NCBI GenBank assembly: GCA_964252035.1
Contig: OZ176203.1
Strand: one strand, 5' to 3'
Origin: Podarcis erhardii
Lineage: Eukaryota
DNA: 64,000 nucleotides
Shown here: positions 52,701 to 64,000 of the stretch, one piece after another
Numbering within the stretch: the stretch's first letter is position 1
Layout: every line of letters starts with the position of its first letter
The notes under the pieces: model-generated
Told to the model about the DNA's origin: nothing
The model's input: only the letters and a program-made list of their open reading frames with translations
The model's database searches: none
Made by a program: the position numbers and the translations under genes

Positions 52701-55700
52701 GTCCTCCTGGTCCTGATTAACCCACAGGTTCAGGGTAATCTGTCAAATTGCTCCCTTTTCAAGGCAGTGAGAAATAAAACAGTTTAAAATTTTAGATGTT
52801 TGTATGTTACAATTAAAGTCTAAAAAGATGGTAATAATGCCTCAAACTTTGGGTGAAAGTCTAAAACACAGAGCATGAATCCACATTCATGGCTCATCAC
52901 ATAACAGTCATTTTCAATATTTAGTAATACGCAACCTGCAGTAAGAAATTATTCCAGTAGAAAATCAATTGTAATATGTTATAATACAATTGTATCAGTT
53001 ATACAGAGAACAGGTAATCAAGTAATACACAGAAATGAATATTGTAAAAACAATTTGCAAAATATATTCGGGGGACAAACACCTAACAAATGAGGGTTAG
53101 CTGCAAGGTTTTGGAGAAAACTATACTTAGGTTTGATTATATAAAGTTCTGCATTTAAATAGAGAGGAGAATCAGGAAAAGCCAACCCGATTTTCAATAT
53201 GTTTTACAATTTAGGCAATTATTATATAACTAGTGGACACATTATACCTCTATTCTGTCACACTGCTGTGATAAAACAGTACTTGAATAACCTAACAAAT
53301 GTTCCATATCTTCTCTTATTCCAATATTGTACAAATAAGTTTTCAATTAAAAAAAACAACTTATCTAATCACTTGTAACTTGATCCGATTTCTCTATACG
53401 TATTACTGTATTATCAGTTGTATGTTCCCTAACATAAGTTCGATATTTCAAGTTCTTAGCTTTAAGGGGTGAACACTTTCTAACACACAGCAGAACTGTA
53501 CATGTTTCCAAAGCAAAGGCTTGCACCCAACACTGTGCAAATGGAACTGAACTCATGGAATGTGGCTTTCCCTTCTTAGCGTCTCCCCGCAAAGTATCCC
53601 ACCCAAAAAAATTTCTCCAGAGAGCTGCAGGTGAAAGGAAAGGGAAGTTCAGTTATGCAAGTGGAAGTCTGCTGCATAAGCAGAACAGCAGCATTGACTA
53701 TAACTCTATGACTTCATTTTCTGGTTCTTTCTGTAATATTGTTGAAACTTTCACTGCAATGCCACTGAATGTACATTAAGTTTTGCTCACATGGAAAAGA
53801 GCCATGCACAACATTCCACAAAGGGAGACACACAAATGTGCTCCAATCCATACAATCACAAAATCCATGCTGAATATTTCAGATTACTCAGCACTTCACA
53901 TGATTCCTGTGAGCATTTACATGTCCTTATCTCTCTTTTGCACAGTTGGAATAGTACACTTGCATCAAGCCCTTTCTTTTTATATATAAAAAAGAACACT
54001 TGCTTTTCCTATGCATTTGAAAACTTATTTATGATTCATCGTTTTCAAGCGCACAATAAATACAGTTTTTAACACATAGTGCCCTTGTGGTAATGATAAA
54101 TCCCTAAGATAATGTGCTGAAAGGAGAATAACATTTTTTTAGAGCAACTGAATGCCTGCTTTTTCTTCCTTCTTTCGCATTCAGAGTTGTCAAATGCTTG
54201 TGGGCTTTCCTCAATCACCACTTGCTCTGTGTGCCTGCAATGACAGGTGGTCTAGATTTTTCACTTAGAAAATCTGGTCACCCTATGTTTGTAACACCTC
54301 TCTACTTAGTGTCATCTGTGAATTTAATTAGCATGCAGTTTACCCGCTTGTGGAGATTATTAATGAAGATGTTATATAAAACAGAGCCCAAACAAAATCC
54401 CTATATCAAACCAACTGACATCTTTCTCCAAATGTGTATATTGCTGCCTATCACTACCCTCTATTTATAGCTTTCCACCAGCTACTTATCAGTCCATGTG
54501 ATAATGCACAATTTGCATTAATTATTCAGTGTATTTGTGTGGTACATTGCATCAAGTTGTGAGAGGAACAATATCTAGCCTATTCATGCCCCTTTAAAAA
54601 AAAAATTACAGCCTAGCCTAACTGCTCAGATTTTGCCCCATTAAATCTTTCCCTTCTTGATTATTTATGTCCACCTATTATTTTCCACCAGAAAATATAA
54701 TGTAGTCAACCTTATTGCTGAGCAGGGGTATGAATACCCACATCACCACACCAGGTATTTGTAGTTAAACCACTCAGGAGGAATCTAGCAAAGAATGGTG
54801 GAATTGTTAGATAAATGGAGATGGGGATAGGTTTAATATACTTAACAGTTGTCCAAATGGATTTTGAAATGAAGCATGAGGAACAGAAGGCAATAGCTTA
54901 GGGGGAATGGAAAATAGATGCTTTTTTTACTCATTAAATGCGATAGTGCAGACCAGAGATAAAGGGTACCATTTTCCTCTTTCCCTATCACACTAGTATA
55001 TATGCCTTAAATACTCACCTTCACCAAGGGTCACTTCACGCATTACAATTTTTTTACACAGATTCTGTGTTGGTAATGCATAGTACATCAGTACTCCAGT
55101 CTACGTAGTCACTGTGTGTAAAACACTTCTCTCATACTTCACAGAATTATAAGAAACATTATTTTTTCTCTTTGTTCTAAACTCGTAATGTGCAAAGCTA
55201 CCCTCAAATTATACACGTCATAGAATTAAACTCATTCACCCTATATGTCCCAAGTCAATCACTGAAATTATCTGAGAGCAGTATTAGTGGTCTCCCAAGG
55301 ACCAGAAGCATAATTCCTGACAATGAGGAGTCATGCCTTCAGCACAACGGGGCCAACTCCTTCCCATTAGAATTAGGATGGCACCATCCCTACTTAGTTT
55401 CAGACAACAGGTTAAAATGCTGTTGTAATGTTTGAATTTCTGGTGTTTTAATCGACATTGTAAGACCACCAATCCTGGCTGAACGACGCAGGCCGCAAAT
55501 TAGTTTAGTATCTGACGCTGCCAGGAGCAGTCAGAGCCGTCTGACCTCCCAGCAGCAGGGATAGTGTCACTTACCAGGAGGGAAGGGCAGAAGGAAGACA
55601 GTGGGAAGGTTGGCGTTTTGCAGGTGCATTGGGAGCACTGGACTGGCTCCACTAATGTGCCCACAAGCACTGACTTCTCAAACTTTACCCCTCCAAGTAA

Positions 55701-56413
55701 GCATCAGCAACTCCACTGCCAGGAGGCAAGGCGTGAGTGCTGCCCTCCTCAGTCCTGGACCCAATACTATCTGAAAATCTATGAGAGCTACAGTACTGTT
55801 CTGCATGCATATTCATAGTTAAAATAATTTAACATAATTTTGTTGGGTCTTCAGACTAATCTGCAGAAATATTGTAAACTACAACATTACAATTTTACAA
55901 TTCTTTCTATTTTGCAGTAAGCTAGATCCAAGAACATATATGTACACACACCTGTCATCATATCTACATGATCTATACACCTCTTGGATGCTGCCACTGC
56001 TAAAGAAACAGCCAGACAGTAATTTCAGAGTGACAACCGAAAACATTAATGCACTGAAAAATAAAGAAAACTTTAAAAACTTCATATGCAGCAGTCCATT
56101 TTTCTTTTCCTTTTTTTACGATGTCTTCATTAGTAACTCTTCTGGGTAAAGTTAATCCCTATTAGCTTTTTAGGGCTTAGCACAGCTTCCATTCTCTATG
56201 CTTACCAATATGTTCTACAGGTGATACAGTAGCTGCCAGTAAGGGATATGATTTTATTAAATCTTTGTGCCTATAAATGGCTACAACAAAATTAAGTATA
56301 GCTGCCAGTTCAAACTGTTTATATCTTATTTGCAATACCAAAATTAGCAGAATTGTTGGTAACTTTGTAATAGCTGAAATTTCCTTGCATGAAACTTTGT
56401 CCACAACACATTA

Positions 56414-56639
56414 CAGTGGTACCTCGGGTTAAGTACTTAATTCGTTCTGGAGCTCCGTTCTTAACCTGAAACTGTTCTTAACCTGACGCACCACTTTAGG
56501 TAATGAGGCCTCCTGCTGCCACTGTGCCGCTGGAGCACAATTTCTGTTCTCATCCTGAAGCAAAGTTCTTAACCCGAGGTACTATTTCTGGGTTAGCGGA
56601 GTCTGTAACCTGAAGCGTATGTAACCTGAGGTGCAACTG
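56414..56639 (-). mobile_element. Tc1/mariner(Tigger)-type MITE, family B copy 2 (inverted relative to copy 1)
   Basis: Its start CAGTGGTACCTCGGGTTAAGTACTTAATTCGTTCTGGAGCTCCGTTCTTAACCTGAAAC is the reverse complement of the end of 19692-19920; TA at 56412-56413 and 56640-56641. Confidence 0.9.
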
Positions 56640-56845
56640 TATTACATTTTATCTTTAATATAGTTTGTTGGTACATCAGTTCCCTAAAGTTGCTTGCTAC
56701 TGTAGTGAACATCAGCTCCCTTCCTCTAGGAGGATCAGTTGAAATAGGTATCAGGACAAACAACATAAATTTTCTAGGCTACCATTAATAACCAATTATT
56801 TGATTAGTTAGCAATGGCATGCAAAAAAAAAGCCCTATTCTGTAC

Positions 56846-57917
56846 TAGGGCTGTGTGATAAATCACCATACAGTTGAATACCAGTATTGAGATAACATTG
56901 TGATAACTGTTTGAGACTTGACAATGTCCCAGGGGATTGCTCAGCTGAACAGATACTTTACAGATAATTTGCAAGCACCTGTCTCATGCTTTGTTGCTCT
57001 CTCCCTCCACCCTCCTAACCAATAAGAAATGATGAAAAGTTGTCACACAAACCAGCAAACTCTTCCACCTTCACTGGTATCTTACTGGCTTACTCCCAGG
57101 AAAGTAGAAGAATGGCTTGTGCATGCATAGATTCCACTTAGACCTCTGAGTGGGGAAGCAGATGCAACTGTTGAATAGTTTATTTAAATGTTAGGGTTCA
57201 TTATTGTTTCACAGGGTGTATACCACTTTAAAAGCCAGGGTGCATATCCTGACCTAGTTTTCTACAGCTGTGTAGTAGGGTAGCAGGTGCTGATAAGTCA
57301 CTGTAATTAGCTGTGTCAGCAATTGTGAATGGTATATTATGTGCCGTATGTACCTTACTCTGCCCCTTGGTGGATGGGTGGGTGATTATAGACACTATGT
57401 AAGATGTATGTTAAAGGAGTTTTGTAATTAAACCTTACAAATATCTCTCTGCGTCTCTTCAGTGATTCCATCTTTGTGGTCTACTCTGTACGCACTCTGT
57501 GGCATGTTTAAAATGCCCAATAGCAACTTGACTAGTAAATCAGTTAAACTACTCTTAAATTAGTTGGAAATATATTACATATATTATACAGAAGTTTATT
57601 TAATATTTTTATTAAATCTACTACTTTGCATTTTAAGGCCCTAGCTGCAGGGAGCCTGGTCAAGGCCCTCCGCTGCTGCAGGGAAGTGTGGCACACCCGC
57701 TGCCGGCGAGGGGAGGTACGGCAAGCCCTTCTGCTGCTGTGGGGAAGCATGGTGCACCCTCCACCACCATTGGGAGGTACCGCAAGACCCCTGCTGCCGT
57801 GGGGAGGCCCAGCAAGGCCCTCCGCTGCCACAGATATATATTTTGATATCTTGAAGTATTGTGATATTTAGCTGGTGATATATTGTGATGTTGAAAATCA
57901 AGTATTGCCTAGCCCTA
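56846..57917. mobile_element. Non-autonomous hAT element, about 1.07 kb
   Basis: Termini TAGGGCTGTGTGATA and TATTGCCTAGCCCTA; 8-bp TSD TTCTGTAC (56838-56845) / CTCTGTAC (57918-57925). The GC-rich subterminal region has repeated CAAG(G/A)CCC...GCTGC motifs at about 57660, 57722, 57782 and 57812. Confidence 0.75.
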
Positions 57918-60091
57918 CTCTGTACAGAGGTAGCAGGTGACTTTGAGAAAGTGGAGAAGAATGCTCTTATTTAATCTATGTTCCTTATCAGACTCCAACA
58001 GCAACATCTCAATGCATAACAGATATCTATATATTTTGAGCAAATCACATGAATCTTACTCAGACTTGTTACAAAAACCCACCATCACTCCAGCAAAGTT
58101 AAACAACGCACATATTTTAAAGGTTTTTAAAGTACAAACAGTGTATCACTCAACCACTATGCCTGAATACATTTTGCTAAAAAAGTTTTATACAGTTATC
58201 CAGTCATCTCCCCACCCCAAATACTGTACTGGCTGCGTAGAAGGGTCTTGTGTGAAACCATGTGGATGAGGCAAGCAGAAAGAACTCCCTAGGCACAAGG
58301 AACGAAGTGGCAAATGAAAGGGCTGTAGGATTTGCAAATGACCAATTTCAGTCACAACTGTGTTTCATACACATATATGTCTACAAACTTTTAATAGATT
58401 TGCGCATATACATCTAGTACTGTCTAGATATATAAACACTGTAAAACAACAAAACATAATTTCAGCCAGACACTGGAATAAGGAGGGAAGACACAAGGTG
58501 AACTAAGGCCACATTATATTAAAGAAAAGAGCAAACTTATTCAGCTACAACAGACGGACATTGATGGGGGGTATTCTAACCCTCCATCAGCCAACTAAGG
58601 AAAATGTAACAGGGTAAGTTATCTCTCCCCAGAAAAAGGGTGATATGCATTATTTTCCTTTGAAGAAGTAATGATGAAGCAAGGAGTCACAAGAACCAGA
58701 TTGCCTCCTGGGAAAACCCACTGACATTATTCAAAAACATTCAACCTAGTCGTCAAATTCAACAAACAATAACAAATGCTGAACTAATTAAAATGCATTT
58801 TATATTCTGAATTCTCACAAACATCAAATGCCCATGATTAAACCTTAATATAACTGTCACTGTTGCTTTTTAAAATGCTGGTGAAGATTTGAACTTTGAA
58901 GTTCAGTGAAAAGGCACTATCTAAAAGTGTTATTTCTTTTTATCTACCTTAACATATTAAAACAAGAGCATAAACTTCATATGAGCACCTTTAGCATTAT
59001 TTCTAATATGAGAAAAATGGATCATTAATACAGACAAACAAGGTTTTCTTCATAGACCTGCCAATGATCTTAACCCTGACCTGGAGAGACCATCTTCCTC
59101 AGTGATAAGCAATAGTTTCAATGCCAGCACTGTCCTAAGAGAATGCCAATTATGCCAAGTTGGCAAAAACAGATGTATGGTGATTTTTGAGATATAGACT
59201 GCTTTACGCCAGGGACAAAGCTAAACCCATTCATCTCAATTTACTTACAACCTAAGGTTTAATTTGAACTGTGGCCTTCAAGGTGAAAGGCCAGTTCTTT
59301 AATCTAATCATCTCCCCATGCGCATTATTTATAATAAACACAAACCTCTCTTCTGCATACAAAATCGTTCTTTCCTACAAAGTGTATTTTCCCCTCTTTA
59401 TAAAGCATAGATTTCATAGCAATATTTTATATTATAAAATTAATTTTACTGCTGTTTACTAAGCACTTTAACATTCTGTAAAGACAGGCTATCACTGAAC
59501 AAAGAAAACCTAATCAATAGTATGCATAATGACAATTGACTGAAATTCCTCAAGATAGGCATCTACTGCTCGTTTACAAATAGTTTAATAATAATTGGCT
59601 TCATCAGATTAAAAAAGAAGCTCAGAAGCTTATTGAAGTTCAGGAGCTCAATGGCAGAAATCCAATATGGAAAAGCTCACGAATAAGGACATTTGAATTT
59701 TAAAAAGGGTAAGATTACTATAAGATTAGACTATTATCAAGTTGGTTTTGCCACAAGCTTCATAATAAGTCTGATGAACTTATTGAAAAAGAAAAAAAAA
59801 CCAGAACACTGGAGAAGTTTTGAGTCAGAAAGTACCAGAGCGCTAGGATGTCTCCTTCATCGTGAAATGATTCAGCTGTCGATTTATGGCTGGCTACCTA
59901 ACTTCTCTCATACACATGTTATTCATTGCACAGAAATATCAGAGCAGGTTACAACTCAAATTAACAATACAGTTACTAAAGACATCAATATTGGCACTAT
60001 ATGCTACTCAAAGTCTGAAAGAATATCCAAGTCTTCAGACGGCATCTAAAATTTAAGAGTAGGCATCAGCATTATCACAGGGGGTGCAATG

Positions 60092-60582
60092 TCAAAAACG
60101 GGCACTACAAACAAGAAGGTTCTTCCCTGTGCCAATAAAGTATTCCCAGATAGATCCTAATAAATGAGCTATTCTTTCAGGAATCCTGACCCCAAGGTGT
60201 ATATGACTTCTTAAGCCATTAAAGGTAACTAAAGTGGGCTTGTAGGCAATCGGTGCAGTTTTGTGTGTGGTAGGCCAGTTCAGAAAGCCAGAAAGCCATA
60301 TCATTCTACACTAGCTGTAACTTCTAAACCAACTTCAAGGACAGCTCCACATGCAGTGCATTGTAGTAGTCCAATTTAGAAGTTACTAATGCATAGATCA
60401 ATGTGAGAAGGTTCTTCTTGTCCAGGAAAAAACCCAGAGCTGGTAAAGGACAATCCTTGCCAGAGAGACCCCTTGAGCTTCCAATGACAACACTGTGCCC
60501 TCAGTTCCAAATTCACAAGCAGGATACCATCGCAGACGGTAGTAAAAGCCATAGAGATATCAAGGAGAACTGATAGTGTCAC
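60092..60582 (-). mobile_element. Decayed L2-clade LINE ORF2 fragments
   Basis: Minus-strand LSVLLDISMAFTTVCDGILL (cf. RT motif LLDLSAAFDTIDH.ILL) and LNWPT..TA.YK..VTFNGL (cf. LHWLPI..R..FK.L..KALNGLGP). Confidence 0.75.
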
Positions 60583-60954
60583 ACCTTCCCATCCTCTCCT
60601 AATAAAGTTAACCCATCAAGCTAATACAGTTCTAAAACTATGCCTGAACCTGGACTACAAACAGGACTAGATAATGTATGTTCTCGAAAGACGAATTCCA
60701 TGTTGGAGATCATTAGGAAAGAGATTGAAAAAGAAACTGCCAATATCATAATGCTGTTATAAAATATGTGGTGAGACCACAGGTGAAATACTTGTAAGCA
60801 GTTCTGGCTCCCTCACCTTAAAAAATATATTGTAGAGCTGGAAAAGTTTAAGAAAAATGAGCAGGAAGTTGGAACAACTTCCCTAAGAAAAAAAAGGTCA
60901 TAGTCTAGTTTAGAAAAAAGGTAAGGACAGCATGATAAAGATGTACAGTCATAC

Positions 60955-61209
60955 TATATGAAAATAACAACAAGAGATGTGGAAAAATAATAAGAAAGGA
61001 CTGGATAGTACTGTGAACATCATAAGGTTAGATTTGTGGACATTAAAACAGCAGTAAGAAGTAAGAAGTTGATTGGATCCCTTCGGAACTTGAAATATGG
61101 GTACCCCCAACAAAAATTTAAAATTCGGCTGTGTAATTTGGAATTTATGTAATTTGGTTTGATTTAATGTGATTGGTCGGTTAATAAAAATTATTCTTAA
61201 AAAAAAAAG
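60955..61209 (+). mobile_element. Short 5'-truncated poly(A) retroposon (L1-like 3' end)
   Basis: AATAAA at 61183-61188 and A10 at 61199-61208, flanked by a perfect 17-bp direct repeat AAGATGTACAGTCATAC (60938-60954, 61210-61226). Confidence 0.8.
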
Positions 61210-61217
61210 AAGATGTA

Positions 61218-61442
61218 CAGTCATACCTTGGAAGTCGAAAGGAATCCGTTCCTGAAGTCCGTTTGACTTCCAAAATGTCTGAAAACCAAATTGCAGCTTC
61301 TGAATCAGAAGCTGTGGAAGCCCTGTCGGATGTCCGGGTTCCAAAATAACGTTCACAAAGCAGAACAATCACTTCTGGGTTTGAGGTGTTCTGGAGCCTA
61401 AATGTACGAGTTGTAGGGTGTTTGACAACCAAGGTATGACTG
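61218..61442. mobile_element. Tc1/mariner(Tigger)-type MITE, family D
   Basis: Perfect 14-bp TIRs CAGTCATACCTTGG / CCAAGGTATGACTG; TA at 61216-61217 and 61443-61444. Confidence 0.92.
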
Positions 61443-64000
61443 TACTGTATAAGAATATGAATGGTGTGAAGAATGTGTTATGGAGAGTTTGGCAGATTCA
61501 TAAGAAGGAGACAATGCAGTTGCTTTAGCACAGATGTAATATGCTCCCATTTGCTCCCTTAATCAGATGGGCTACTACACTTTGAACTAACTGAATTTCA
61601 GACCACTCTTATAGCTTGCTATGAATAACCTTGCAGATAACAAAATTCTGCATCCACATATTAACTTTTCATATGCTAGTTTAATGATCAGTATTAGGCA
61701 ACTTAACTGTAATCTCTGAACTGCACTAAAATGTAGTGCACAGCAAAATGTTTTCAATCTCCATAAGGCAGTGGATTGTTTGAGTGCCTTAGATGGATGA
61801 TGGACAACAAACAAGCTCCATCAGGCCTGTTCTGAATGTGGTTATGCTTCCCCAGAAAAATCAGTTTATAATTATAAACCAAACTCTGCTGCTTCATTCT
61901 CAGGTAGTGGATGTGGCTAAAAGGGCCTTTTTCAGTAACCGGTAGTATACCACTTCGTCTTTCCTGTACAGACTCATTACTGGACTATGGAATTTATGGT
62001 TGATACTGCCTGCCTTCCATTTGTGTTTTATAGTATTATTTTTAAACTGCTATTTCAGTTTTCAAAATGCTGTGATATTCTAAACTGCTCCCGGTGCCAC
62101 AGTTTGGATGGGAAATAGGAAGCAAGTAATGTTTCTTAAAATCCTTAAATAAATGAAGTTTCAGTTGATAAAAGAAGGGGAAGGGAGTGAAAAGAGAAAA
62201 GCTTTAGAATAAAGCAGTTTGGGTGGGAAACAAGGGGAACTATTCACAGAAAACTAATGCCCTTTCCTATTCCATTTAAATCCACAATTGCAGTGCTATT
62301 ATTTGCAACCAGAATCTAAGCTGAAAACTGGCAGAACCAGACCTTTCTCCTTGTCCCTTCTTCTTGGTAAAAACAGAAGGTATTAATCACTCTGGTTTAA
62401 AGAAAGTTGACTAAAGCTATTCTTTAAGTCATGCACTGTCACTAATGTGGCCAATGAATAACTCTCTACACTTTTTTTTTTTGTTACTCTGAGTGGACTG
62501 TCAACCGCACATTTTCCCCTTTCCTTGAATGGCCTTTAAGAGATGATGAAAAGAAGCACTATCAGTAAAAACAAAAGTTTCAGGAAGAAAAAGTGGGAAC
62601 AAAGTGGACATATTGGAGACAACTCGTGATTCATGGCTCATACTGTGCTATTTCTCTCTTCAACTCAATATGCTCTTTGGTTTCACTGAAGGATAAGAGG
62701 AGACCAGACCATTGCACTTCTCCTAGCAACTAATATCACTTAGGAAAAAAGGCATGTTGTCTGCTAAAATGGTAACAGAAGAATTTGGGGTCATACAAAG
62801 CCAGATACATGTTCCTAGTGCATTTGATCCTAAAAACTGATTGTCAAAATGTATTCAGGAAACAGCAAATGATTAGTCAAAATGATTAATTTTAACCAAA
62901 TATATGTTTCAATATGTTAGACATTTTTTCTTTTGAGGAAGTACTCTGGCAATTTCCATTATTATGTTAAAATATTTTGCCCTGAATATTTCTACATATG
63001 TACACAAAAATGCAGGAGAATTTCAAAGAGTTTTAAAGCTAATCTAATTGTGCAAAGGTTGTTTGGAAACAAAGTCTAAAAACACTTGGATTGTTTCTTC
63101 TGTGGGATGAATTTTTAAAAACTGGCTGATCTTATTAAATCCCTGTCACAATTTGGTACTCATAATGATAAAAACAAGTTCACATGAAAGACCAAAGCAA
63201 AATAACTCTACAGTTCATATGCTCACTTAAATAGACACATATTGGCAGATTCCAACATTTTGAATTATTTTTTTTTCAAAATCCAGTTGGAGAACATTAC
63301 AGAAAGGCTAGTTATGAAAAGACTGCAATTGTTGTCCACAATATTTCCCCAACATTAAAATCAATGACAACATAACTAAATTGTTAATAATATCCTGCAG
63401 ATGCACAGAGAAAACTATCCTCTAAGTATTGAACTGAAGAGCATGCAGAAATCAATTTCATCTACTTTTGCTTTGGCACTTATACATGAAACCAGAAGCT
63501 CAAGGAAAAAATGCAGGTAGTTTTAAAACACATCAGTGTTCACTATTTATGGCATGTGATTGCACTGATCCTGCACGTGTCATGATCTGCACTGTCAAGG
63601 GCCTGTAATCATAGGACACCCATATAGGGAAAAGGTGCTAGCACATAAGCACACCAAGGAATAGTCTGACTGAGAATGTACACGATCAGGGCTTAGACTT
63701 AAATCATTATGTCTAAAACATGGAACATCTGATAGAGAGGTCTCAAAAGCAACCAATCTGGAAGCAGGTATAAAATCAGTTATTTGCATCTATTATTTTC
63801 ACTTTAGATTTAATTTGCACGAAGCAGTTTTCACACAGACATAGTGGCTCTTGAAAGATGAGACTCTTTGAAAACAAGTGAATGATTGCCTGAAGATCTA
63901 TGATTATAGAGCAGATGTACCAGTAAAATATATCTCATAACTGGTTCTTGACTCTTGACACTTACATAGCAGCAGGAAAGCAGATCTGGTCCTTTCCATA

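Larger units (their letters stand above)
60710..61500 (+). mobile_element. CR1 LINE ORF2 C-terminal fragment hosting nested MITE and L1 insertions
   Basis: VVRPQVKY and QFWLPHLKKYIVELEK (cf. LVRPHLEY, QFWSPHLKKDI.ELEK). It resumes after the MITE as GTATAAGAATATGAATGGTGTG (YK.M.GV). Confidence 0.8.

Noticed and set aside
57189-57525. Solo LTR
   Set aside because: It has a TG start and an LTR-like poly(A) region, but no convincing CA end with a 4-6 bp TSD. Kept only as a low-interest cargo observation.

Overview
This is AT-rich vertebrate genomic DNA, most likely from a lacertid lizard, inferred from its Sauria SINEs and squamate-type MITEs. It holds one protein-coding exon: the 327-nt Ig1 (Slit-binding) exon of ROBO2 on the minus strand (44649-44975), with canonical AG/GT splice sites. 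The rest is flanking intron: about 44.6 kb downstream and 19 kb upstream in transcript orientation. The introns contain 2 Sauria SINEs, several Tc1/mariner(pogo/Tigger)-type MITEs with TA duplications, hAT MITEs with 8-bp duplications, and decayed CR1, L2, L1 and RTE-X-like LINE fragments. There are also microsatellites and a 139-N assembly gap. I found no convincing new multi-gene system, and nearly all short ORFs are noise or repeat-derived. The best leads are: (i) the ROBO2 exon is symmetric, stop-free and flanked by an inverted MITE pair, so it is a circRNA / rolling-circle ORF candidate; (ii) a possible alternative 55-nt phase-1 coding exon lies about 10.6 kb upstream; (iii) a three-layer CR1<MITE<L1 nest carries a mariner-type footprint; (iv) a hAT element has its terminal 7-mer repeated outside the TSD; (v) several repeat-free blocks look like enhancers. 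Repeat family names come from memory of consensus motifs, not from a database search.
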